Of a stretch of 64,000 nt of DNA, positions 52,705-64,000 are shown piece after piece. Positions within the stretch are counted from its first letter, which is position 1, and each line of letters starts with the position of its first letter. The notes below the pieces were generated by a model that had not been told where the DNA came from, made no database searches, and saw only the letters and a program-made list of their open reading frames with translations. The stretch comes from Octopus sinensis (taxonomy: Eukaryota). Position numbers and translations under genes: made by a program. The stretch lies in NCBI RefSeq assembly GCF_006345805.1, contig NC_043012.1:46748001-46812000 (forward strand), given 5' to 3'.

Positions 52705-53330
52705 AGAGGTCAAAGTGGAAGTCATCTTGTTGCACCATCTGATGTCACTTTTCTGCCATTTCTTTGATGCCACGCTGATATTAGTTATTGTCTTGCGAGG
52801 CGAAGCACTTCACTGAAGCTTCTGTCTTTACTTGATTGATGAAGCTTCGCGAGGGCAAGAAGTGAGCCATAAATCAGATCAAATAATAATCTTAAGGAGC
52901 TAGGTTCTCGCTATATCCTAGGTGCGGCATCAGTTCGATTCCCTCAAGTTTCTGAACTTTATTCCTGATCATTCGATTGGTAGGATGTCTTGCGTTGTCT
53001 TACTCAGAAGAGTTCGATTTTTTTAAACTATCACCGGGTTGTTTTGCAGCATAATGTTATGTGCCCATTTCTGCTGTTGGAATACAGGTTGGCATCGATA
53101 GTTCGACCGTCTAGAAGTAACTCGTAGTGAATTATCCTCTCATAATGCTTTCAGACACAAAGCATCACCTTCTGTTCAAACTGCCGAAAGCTGGCCCTTT
53201 ATTTAGCCACTAATTATGTACGTTAAGAATGTGGAAAAATACCTTCCTCGGATTTCCTGGACAAAAGTTCGTGAAAAGCAAAACATATCTGCAACACAGG
53301 TTTCGACTTGTTTATTCATGATCCTGATTT
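52705..53330 (-). mobile_element. Mariner transposase C-terminal fragment
   Basis: QKVMLCV...IIHYELL.DGRTIDANLY...ELMPHLGYSENLAP.DYY...YQRGIKEMAEK. Confidence 0.8.
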
Positions 53331-53494
53331 AATAAACAATATTTTTGTTCTTGTAATTAGTGTATCGGTTAAAGATATGCATTTAGAGCATTGCTAGTAA
53401 ATATTTTGGATATATACAAGCTGAAGAATCATATAATCTAATTCAATAGTTGAACAAGTCATTATGAAATTTAAAGATCTACCAAACTCTAAAT

Positions 53495-53655
53495 GGGTAG
53501 TGGCTGAGTGGTAAGACGTTTGCTTCGTAACAACAAGGTTCTGGGTTCAGTCTCACTTCGTAGCACCTTGAGCAGGTGTTTTCTACTTGAGACCCGGGCC
53601 GACCACAGCCATGTGAGTTGATTTGGTACGCGGAAATTGAAAGAAGACCAACGTG
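53495..53655 (+). mobile_element. SINE family B 5' half
   Basis: gtggctgagtggtaag...gggttcagtc...gggccgacca.agcc.tgtgag..gatttggta. Confidence 0.8.
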
Positions 53656-53760
53656 TATATATATATGTAATTAATCCAAACATGAAAACACAAAGAGAAA
53701 GCACAACAACGTGGAAGAAATATAGTGTTATTGGATGCTCAGGAAAGGAGAGAAAGAAGA

Positions 53761-53793
53761 TTTAACGTTTCGAGCGGAGCTCTTTGTCACAAA
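53761..53793 (-). ncRNA. Decayed minimal hammerhead-like motif related to 9428..9463
   Basis: Minus: UUU-GUGACAA-A-GAGC-ucc-GCUC-GAAA-CG-UU-AAA; core mutated. Confidence 0.4.
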
Positions 53794-53844
53794 CATAGGA
53801 AAAGGAAAGATCCAAGGAAGGGAAGATGGAGGAAAAAAATCTCC

Positions 53845-53900
<56 letters not shown>

Positions 53901-53904
<4 letters not shown>

Positions 53905-54431
53905 TGACGTATATTTGCCCTTTGAATATGGTTAACCCGTAAGGGTGGATGCTACTGTAGTTTGTAGCCCCAGAAAGACACCTCCTCCAGCTGGCTATAG
54001 ACATACTTTCTGTGGCCTATCAGTATTTGTGAAGGGAAGTCATCCTTCCCGTCTTCAACTTATGATACACACGGACTCGAGTTTCAAGATATTGACCTAT
54101 CATCGGCGTGTGACAATCATAGTTGTCGACGAGAAGTGAGTTTCCCTCACAAATACAAATCCTGTTTCCAGTAGCGATTGACACTGATATTGAAAAAGTG
54201 AAATCAAACAATGATAAATCTCAGAGCGAGTTATAAACAGTAGCGGTAACACATCGTGACGTATATTTGCCATTTGAATATGGCTAACCCCTAAGGGTGG
54301 ATGCTACTGTAGTTTTTAGCCCCAGGAAGACACCTCCTCCAGCTGGCTATAGACACACTTTCTGTGCCCTATCAGTATTTGTGAAGGCAAGTCATCCTTC
54401 CCGTCTTCAACTTATGATAGACACGGACTCG
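53901..54431. repeat. Direct duplication of ~180 bp at 352-bp offset
   Basis: atcgtgacgtatatttgcc...cacggactcg at 53901 and 54253. Confidence 0.9.
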
Positions 54432-54439
54432 GAAGATTC

Positions 54440-54720
54440 TGGAAGGACTGGTACCAAACTTTGAAATAAAAAGCTATATCAGACTACGAACAGGATGTCA
54501 CTGTGCTGTCCCCCACTATAACGACTGCTTCATCTCTGGCAAGGACGATGTACTGCAATAGCTTGGGTTTAAAGGGCCCACAGCTGTTTAACTCTCTGCC
54601 GAAGTATCTGAGGAGCCTGCATGCAGTAGATGTAGACGTTTCCAAACGTGAACTTGACCTCTAGCTCACCGAGATCCCGGAGGAGCCAATATCTAAGCAA
54701 AAACTCAAAAGAGGGCAGTA
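54440..54720 (+). mobile_element. CR1/L2-like LINE ORF2 C-terminal fragment
   Basis: YCNSLGLKGPQLFNSLPKYLR...SKRELDL.L.EIPEEP. Confidence 0.6.
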
Positions 54721-57700
54721 ACTTCGAGCTCCATCCTTCACCAAAAACCGCTCCGACAAAGGTGGAAAGTGGAAATATGATCACAATGGCGGTGCTCCAG
54801 CATGGCCAAAGTCATTGGACTTAAACATATAAAAGAATAAAAGAATACATATATACACCGAGAGAGAGAGAGATAGATAGAAAGAGGGTGAGTGAGTGAG
54901 AGGGGGAGAGATAGTCACATGCATACACACATACATATTGGAAAATTAACACAAATATACAAACCAATCAATTGCAAAATAAGATCAGAAAGTTTAAAAT
55001 ATAATTATATTGTAGTTTAAAATCTATTCGTGAATATTTTCTAATTCCTTATAAGATAGAATACAATAATATATTAGTAGAAATGTTCAAATAAATCAGT
55101 GTACAACGTTCTTTTTCTGACTGATGCAATAATTGCTTTACAAGAGTCTTTTTTTTTATGAAATTCTTCAGATACGCAAAGCATGTATGTAATCTTGCTG
55201 CAACTACTGACTGGTAAATTAGCACAGTTACAATTGCATGCAATATCGACATTTATGTGATAGTCATGTACTCTAAATAATAAATAACAAGAGATATTAA
55301 GTAATGAACACACGCAACACTGCATGTATATGAAGATATTCATACACACTATTGATATAATGCATATTTTCGCATGTGTGTGTATAATTATATGTGTGTA
55401 ACATTCAAATATGTTTGCACATATAGTAATCCAGAATATGCATTGGTACATTTATATAATTACCGTTTCTAATATCACACACAATCATGAATTCAAGTAG
55501 TTGCTGTTTTGCCGATACCCATGCTTTCCTTTTTTTAATTTTTCTACTCTTTTTTAATCTGTTGTTTTTTTTCTGAATCCTAGATCATGCGTTCTTTCGT
55601 GATCCAAAAAATTGTCTGTTGTCTTCAGCCAAAAGAATGAACAAGAGACAAGCAAACATTTAATTGAATCGATTCACAGTAAATACTGACGTGATTATAC
55701 CGAAGTGAATTGACATCAATAATCAGTATTAAATGTTTTAAAAGTGGTCGCTCTTAATTCATGTTTTCTCAATGTCGCATGCTTTGCTCCATGTTTTATG
55801 TCTAGAGATGGTTTAAACGTATTAACCCTATATTTTCCTATGTCAAATTTGGACATCGATTTACTACACTTTCCTTGTTTAATGCCGAAAGCCCAGAAAA
55901 TTGTCGATATACATATTTCTGGAGTAAATAATTAATATTCCAATTTTCTATAGATTTCTGTGACAAACACTCCAGACTAGAGTTAATCTCCTTGATCGAG
56001 CTTGGATAGATTTATTTTAATTCACTTACGTTGTAAATGCTCTTTGATAATCAATGAACAGTATGACTAGTTTCCTTATTCGTCTGAAGTCAAAACAGCG
56101 AATAACCAATATTGTTATGATTTCGCTTACGAGACTATATCAAAAACAATTGATAAATAATTTATCAGTTTGTATATTCAATAGTGTTCGTAATTGGACC
56201 AACAGAATCTTTGGAGATTGTTCACAGCGTGTTTTGAATGAATCATGCGTGACGCCATTTGCATTCATTTTTCTATTTTATGTTGCGGACGATTTTATCC
56301 TAAAATATTTCCATCCATTGATCTCCGAATCCGTATTGACTTCAGAAATGAATAAACTAGGGAATATATTACGTTCGTTATGATTTCAAATACACTACTG
56401 AGGCATATAAATCGGAATACCTACAATAAAATCATTGATTGACCTTAGTAACTAACATAGAGCAATCTTCTTTTTTAAATGGTGAAATAATCATACAGTA
56501 TTTAGTAACGTCTCTTATAAGCTGTCAAATTTGTGGAAATAAGTTTACCATTCGTTCGACTGGAATATTCTGACTACAATTGATTAGAAGACATACATAT
56601 TAAGAGATTGAACATGACAGCTATGCTCCTAAACACGATGAGTGATGACAAGCCTAGATTATTTCCATTGAGTTTCTACTAAACCCGCTATAGACCATTG
56701 ACAAGTGTTTCGTGTACATGTGTACTGTATGACATATAACTCATTTTGTTTCACTGCTGGATACGTGGTTCTTCAGCCTTTCTTTTTCGTTAAAGCAGTT
56801 GAGAGTGACACAAATGTTATAGTATATTATTTCACAGATTATTCTAAAGCTCTGAAGCCTTTTTTTTAATTTCTATCTTCAAGATCCTTATACACACAAT
56901 ATCTAAGTCGCGCATTAGTAATTGGTTATTTTTTTTTTATTATTTACAGTCAAATAAATGTCAATTTCAATGCTGACATTTCAGCAACCAGGCTATTGAA
57001 ATGAAAATGTTTTGAAGTTGGATAATTTGGATATAAAATATTCATTGATCATATTTAAAAATATCATCGTCTGGTCTTTTAATAAATATAGTTTACTCTT
57101 CCACACAAGTAATCGATCCATGAATTATTTCATTTTTATTTTTACTGTACGACTCGTCGTCTTCAGTTTTGATTCTTATTTTAGTGAAATCATTCAATAG
57201 AATTACCAAAGACTTAAATTTTTTTATGAATGAAATTTTTGAACATTATATTTTTTATTAGGTTTAAATGTGCAGTATCAGAAATATATTAAGAATATTA
57301 GTAATAATATTGTAATTTCTGAACAAATTAATATCGTCGTTCACAAAATTATCAAAGAGCACACCTGTTCGATTGTTTACATTGTCTCTATTACTTTAAA
57401 ATATTCTGCTTGATTTTGCCAGTAAAATTTGCTGATATCTACCCTGTTACGTTTTAAATATTTATATTTTTAAATGCTAATGTCAAATAAAACAGAATTA
57501 CATCCAACGCAATCATCGTAATATGATATTTGAATATATTTAAGGAAAGAGAAGTAACTAGAAAAAACAGTGTCGACTCTATAATTGTGCTGCAATTTAA
57601 CCTAAAATATTATTTTCTTGTATGTTCGTATATTATCTGCTTGCACTTCGTGTTTAGTCTTTTAGTACACCATAGTGAAAGAGTAATATGCATAGGAACA

Positions 57701-60700
57701 TTCTATTGATTTTCTAGAGTATAAGTTAAATTGAAACCAGTGTATATATTGGCGGAATGCAGGAACATTTCTGCATAATATTATTAATGTTTTCATCATC
57801 ATGCTTTCATCACATCGAATGTTCATTTCAGAATTACTGAGGAGAAATGTCGCTTAAAAACTAACAAACCGACGAAGCAAACAGTATGTGGTTGATAACC
57901 AAGTAGAAGGTGTAGCTACGTCCCTTCTCGAATTACATTCCTTCCGTCTTCGCAGAGAAAAGAAAATTTGGTACGCTGTATAATAACAAAACCATGAAAA
58001 ATACCCATCGACAAACCATAAGGAATATCTAACTGAAGCCACTTTTTATCTAACTGAAACCGCTCATTCAGCCGAATTACTGCTTAAAAAATAATGGGAC
58101 CCTGCACTGGAACTGAATCTAGATTGGAACCACGAAAGACATTCTTATTTTATATAATGTATGACACTTAAGAATTTTCAATATACAATCAGCTATATTT
58201 CTCTTCACAATTATCTGATCTTAATATTTAAAGTTCCGTCCTCTGCAAGAGAGCGTTAACAAAAATTCAAATTTTGTAGAACACTCGTGATGACTTCTGT
58301 GCAAAATCAATGAAAACCTGCACTAAGCATTACATATATCTTAAAACGTTTCGCAATGGAAGGAAATTTCATCAAACGTTAATTTAGCTTATCGCAAAGA
58401 GTATAAAATCTAACAATTCAGAATTTTCCTCTTGAATGAAAAACAGAAACATTCGAAGACAAAAATAAATGTTCAGAACTGCAAACTTCATACTTCTTCA
58501 GACGCAGTCCCTCAAAATTTTGATTCCAAACTTTACTAGATTCTCTACGGAATTTCAATTGCATATGGATATTGTTGAAAATCTGATGCCTCTAAAAATT
58601 ATGAGATTAGGCTGTATATAAATACGTCACCTTTGAGATATCCAAGCAGCTTACAAATTCCACTTTAATTCTCATTTCTTCTTGTTTGATTCAAATAATC
58701 AATTTTTCCCACCCAAATGAATTGTATTTGGTTAAGAAAATAAGTATCAGGGTTATACATTCAAAATATGCTTTCAGTTCTAATGAAATCGTATCACGCT
58801 TGCTCCACCATTTAAATTTTATGAAACTGGGTATCACGTCATCCCGCTTAATCTTTTGATAATACGCGTATTCATAACAATACATTTATTACAAACAAAA
58901 AAGTTACATTGTTTGCTTTCACCCTTCTTGAAATTTTAAATTATTATGTAGTATCACATAGCATGATATCATAAATACCTGTTATATAACAGTGTATAAC
59001 CTTCTTCCAAAATGTTGATATTTTGAGTACGAATATAACATTTTTCACGTAAATACAAAATAAAAGAGAAAACAAAAACCTTTTCCTTTTCAATAATTTG
59101 ATACATTTGCGTCCAAAATATTAAACAAAGTCCTCAATATTATATATTTGTGTATGCTGCACTGCATAAAAGATTAGCTGTTACAGTGCAAGCTCATTCC
59201 GCAGTACGGAAGTTTAGTCTTCATAAAAGTCTTGTCCACTATAAATTTCTTAACCCAAAACGTATATTCTCTTTGACTTACACATTCATTTATTTCTATT
59301 TAACATGAAATTTCATATTATGGTAACATTCCCAGGAATGTAACGTTTCCATGACTTAGGGAATGCCACTGTTTTCCTTTTGTATAAACACTTTTCACTT
59401 CTCTGTAAATAGGAAATTCATATATTTGTAATTTGTACAGAAATTCAATAAATATTAGCAGGAAAATTAATGTGTAGTGCTTTAATTATCTTTGAACTTA
59501 GTCATAAATGGTATAATAAATATCCAAAATTAATTTTTCCTTTAATTTTGTAGCCATGGAAAATTAGCTGAAAATAACGAATTTTGTAACGAAGCGTAAA
59601 TCATTTAAAGAAGAAAATATTATTTTTTAGTTTTTTTTGTACTTTATGAATTTTAAATAGAAAAACAGAAATTCTTCATATTATTTACTGACTTAAAAGA
59701 TTATTCGATGTGCATATGGTCAGTGTTATATGTATATTTATCGCATTATAAATGATACGGCTAAAATTATTATATGAATGCATATCATAACCTCTAAAGT
59801 AGGGAATAAGGCTCAATTTGCAACGGTGTATGGTTGTAATAATTTGGTTTAAAAGTAGTTGTGATCAGATAAAAATCTGCTGAGGTCTTCCTAGTCAAAT
59901 TATAGCGAATATTCTAAGCGCACTTTCTTTATATTACATTTAAAAGAGATAAGTATTGATATCTTATGACGTTTGAACAACAAGTTCTTTACATACATTC
60001 AATAATTCAACAACATTCTTTTGCAAACAGTAGTCTTTGACAAAGTTGGACGATATTCGAACAAAGAATCAGGAATTTAGTTGATAAAATAAAATATCCA
60101 TTCAAGATACAGCATGTAACTATAAGATTGAGTTAAGATCTTATAGATTGTATTCTTCTGTGAAACAAGATATGTATTCATGTCAAGCATGCGAATTAGT
60201 TGTTAGTAGATATCGAATGTTTTGAATATCTGTGTTTATGAGATTATGTTGTGAAATTATTTAAATAAAATTCAGTTGAATGATATTGCAAGTAATTCTT
60301 AATACTAAATATTAATGCTTTGTATGTAGCCAGCAGACAATACAGGAATAGTGTGAAATAACAGAAAAAATAATTTCATCCGAGTAGTCAGAATCGAAGA
60401 GGATTATAGTTAAATAAATTTAAGCTAAGCCAATATGTAAGAATGATGGTTTGAATTGATTTATTGATTTAAAATGTAAGAAATTTAATTAATACTTATA
60501 CTGAATATTTGTACAGTTTACTGAGGAAGAAGTTGCTAAGACTATAACTTTCACTGACTCTACTTGAACAATGATATGTACACATTTTATGTTCAGTTTG
60601 AAGACGTAGGGTAGATGACGCTCTAATCAGTATCCAGTGGAAGAAAGCGCTTGTTCGTGGAATTGAGGTCTAGGAACATTGGGAATAACGAGAGAACGAT

Positions 60701-61004
60701 AGACATGCTGCTGGAATTTGGGTGGAGATGGTGCTTAAGTAGGATTTCTGAGAGAATCGATTGCAGTACAACGTTTAGATTAGACCAGATGATTACGGTA
60801 TACAATATGTTTGCATATTAAGCATTAATTCCAGGTGTAAGACAAGTATACTATTGCGTATATTACTTAAGTTTCGTAATGACCCATCGGTTTATTGTAA
60901 ACTGAAGTATTTTCTTGAATTGTGTTATTGTCGTGTAGTATTTATTATGCTGTCAATGTGTGAACACTAGAAAAAGATTATCAAATCTTAACATTTGTAG
61001 CCAT

Positions 61005-61170
61005 AGACGCCGGTGTGGGTGTGTGGTAAGAAGCTTGCCTTCCAACCACACGGTTTCATGTTCAGCCCCACTGCATGGTATTTGGTATTTTGGGCAAGTA
61101 TCTTCTATAGCCTCAGGCCGACCAAATACTTGTGAACGTATTTGGTAGACGGAAACTGAAGAAAGCCGTC

Positions 61171-61172
<2 letters not shown>
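61005..61172 (+). mobile_element. SINE family B 5' half
   Basis: gtgtgtggtaagaagcttgc...ggccgaccaaa...tttggtagacggaaactgaagaaagccgtcgta. Confidence 0.8.
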
Positions 61173-61209
<37 letters not shown>

Positions 61210-61516
61210 TAGATACACTGGCGAAAATAAATTTAAGATCGATGATAAAAGTTCAATATCTTTCAAAATATTTTGTTACTAACACCATAGAAATTATTTT
61301 TATCGTTTACACATTATGCAGAATTTATTTCTCGCTCGAATGATGCAGACATTAACTATTTTTATACAACTTGAAGAATTCTAATGAGGGGAACACATAC
61401 GCCATAGAAACCGGGAAACCAGGTCCATGAGCCTGGCTAGGCTTGAAAAGGTGCATAAATAAAAAAAATATAATTTCTCCATCCATTATATATATGTATA
61501 CAATATGTTTGCATAT

Positions 61517-61915
61517 AGGCGCAGGAGTGGTTGTGTGGTAAGTAGCTTGTTTACCAACCACATGCTTCCGGGTTCAGTCCCACTGCGGGGCAAGTGTCTT
61601 CTACTATAGCCTTGGGCCGACCAAAGCCTTGTGAGTGGATTTGGTAGACGGAAACTGAAAGAAGCCCGTTGTATATATGTATATATACATATGTATGTGT
61701 GTGTGTTTGTGTGTCTGTGTTTGTCCCCCTTAGCATTGCTTGACAACCGATGCTGGTGTGTTTATGTCCCCGTCACTTAGCGGTTCGGCAAAAAGAGATC
61801 GATAGAATAAGTACTGGGCTTACAAAAGAATAAGTCCCGGGGTCGAGTTGCTCGATTAAAGGCCGTGCTCCAGCATGGCCGCAGTCAAATGACTGAAACA
61901 AGTAAAAGAGTAAAA
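61517..61915 (+). mobile_element. SINE family B, full length
   Basis: Colinear with 47955..48378. Confidence 0.9.
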
Positions 61916-61984
61916 GAGAGTGTAAAGAGTAAGAGTATGTGTGTGTGTGTATAGGTATATGTTTATGCATGGGTGTGCCTTTGT

Positions 61985-62135
61985 GTTTACGTTTGTTCCC
62001 CTACCATCACCAATGCTAGTTTGCTTACGTCCCCGTAATTCAGTGATTCAGCAAAAGAGACCGATAGAATTAGCACTAGGCTTGCAAGGCAGTGCTGCAG
62101 TACAACCACAGTGAAATGACTGCAAGAAGTAAAAA
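61985..62135 (+). mobile_element. SINE family B 3' fragment, degenerate
   Basis: ttacgtccccgtaa...gcaaaagagaccgatagaat.ag.actaggctt. Confidence 0.65.
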
Positions 62136-63008
62136 ATTAAAAATTAAAGGGATGCGAAAACATTTAGGTGCAGACAAAAAGGATTGCGAAACAAATGATG
62201 TTAACATAATTTCTCATTATCGACGAAAGCATCAAGGTCCCGTCTCAGACATGATTCCGTATCCTGGGTACTCGCTTCCTTGAATGATGTTTATTAAATT
62301 CAAGTTATCATAAAATATTTCATTAGACCTTTAAGTGTCTTTGAGTGGGAGATTTCCATTTAATGATGAATTTCGTTCGAGCACATGAAAGCACAATACA
62401 TTAATATCATATGTATGTATGTGTTTGCGTATGTGTGTGTGTGTGTGTGTGCGTGCGAGTGGGTGTGCGTATGTGTGTGTGCGACCGGAGAGAGAGGAGG
62501 AATGAAGGAGGTCATCCTGGGAGCTCCTCAGTTTCACGTGTCCGGATGGTGTAATAAACGATTGTGAGATCATGCGTGTGTGTACGTACGTGTGTGAATG
62601 TTTATGTATGTTTGTGCATGTATGGTTCGTCGGTGGACTATGTTCTCACGTATGAATGCTTGTGCCCTTGTGCTTTTCTGCGTGCATGTGCGTAATGCAT
62701 TTGAGGAATAGGTCTAAATTTGTGTATATGTTGTGTGTATTATTGTGGCTGTGTGTCGCCTTGTGGTGTGTATATGAGCCTGTGTAAATGACTGTCTGCA
62801 TGCAGGCTTATGATTTTGAACCTACGTATGCATAGTTGTGTATCAAGATGTATACACCCTACAGAATTGTGCATTAACTTTTCTGGCGGGTGTATAGTAT
62901 GTATAGTCCTAGCAGTACTTGTGGGCATGTTTGCGGAGGAGATCTTCGAAACTTAAATTAATGTGGAGCTAAACCAATTTGTTTTGAAATGTATATATAC
63001 ACAGAAAC

Positions 63009-63064
<56 letters not shown>

Positions 63065-63112
63065 ATGTGTTGCTATATATATATATATATAATATATATA
63101 TATATATATTAT

Positions 63113-63148
<36 letters not shown>

Positions 63149-63500
63149 GATAGATAGATAGATAGATATAGATAGATATATTGATATGTGTGTGCGTGTA
63201 TCTATATATATAGATGTGAGTGTGTGTGTGTGTGTGTGTGTGAGAAAAGAGAGAGGGGCGAGGAAAATAGAGGAGAGAAGGTAGCTGACTAAATATATGT
63301 TGGTATACTAGGATGTATTTTACAACAAAGATAACTGTATGAATAGGTATATGAGAGAACTATACATACTTAGATATAAGCAGGTGGCATCATGGAAATA
63401 AAAATAGTCTGTAGCAACTATTTGCAGAGAATCACTAAACATTGTTAAATATATTAATATGTATTTGAATACACACACGCACACACACGCACACACACGC

Positions 63501-63549
<49 letters not shown>

Positions 63550-64000
63550 ATGATCTCTTTAGAGTTGAATGGAAAGTTATTCATACTTGGACCAGCGTTG
63601 TGTATTCATTTCAAAAGCAAAGAAAAGCGAGAAAATAACTACGTATAGGTTTTTACATAAATACACACACACATACACACACACACGCACACACATGCAT
63701 ACATACATACATGCATAGATACATGCATATTATACACACACACACAAACACTTATGTAGTTATACATGTATGTATTCTTCTGTACCTACACAGTAACTAA
63801 AAATATATGTATGAAATTTTTCAATTCAATCCATCTAATATACAAAATATTCATTCCTGACTCAATAGAGACAGGCTTAACAAGTGACGTCGGCAAAATA
63901 ACATAAATTGATTTTTCTTGTTTACCGAACGTCTAAGCTACGTGAATGAAAATTATGTCAAGTTTAAAATGCAACAAAAACGAATAACAAATAAATTCAA

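Noticed and set aside
56054-56383. 109-aa ORF
   Set aside because: No recognisable motif or splice structure; length compatible with chance.
60600-60800. GC-richer patch with a short open frame (…LLEFGWRWCLSRISER…)
   Set aside because: Could be a LINE scrap or an exon, but no motif or splice pair supports either.

Overview
AT-rich eukaryotic, repeat-dominated DNA. The tRNA-derived SINE families and very heavy microsatellite load suggest an octopod cephalopod genome (inference). No host protein-coding gene, rRNA, true tRNA or CRISPR array can be supported. Most ORFs in the track are translations of microsatellites. Recognisable content: (1) many tRNA-derived SINEs; (2) non-LTR retrotransposon remains, including a young 5'-truncated R4/Dong-type copy with an uninterrupted 338-aa CCHC + restriction-like endonuclease ORF inserted in (AAC/AAT)n, an older Dong copy, RTE and CR1-like fragments, and an orphan zinc-knuckle ORF1; (3) four mariner remnants, one full length with TIRs and TA target duplication; (4) three Helitrons with hairpin+CTAG ends; (5) Penelope-like (PLE) RT and GIY-YIG fragments plus about eleven type I hammerhead ribozyme (HHR) motifs, intact or decayed, several in elements abutting (TA)n. 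The most interesting object is a near-identical ~546-bp HHR-carrying tandem array (33104-34490) that looks like a non-LTR retrozyme. Its inverted terminal segment stops at the predicted self-cleavage site. Ribozyme folds and alignments were read by eye, and most boundaries other than TIRs, CTAG ends and HHR cores are approximate.
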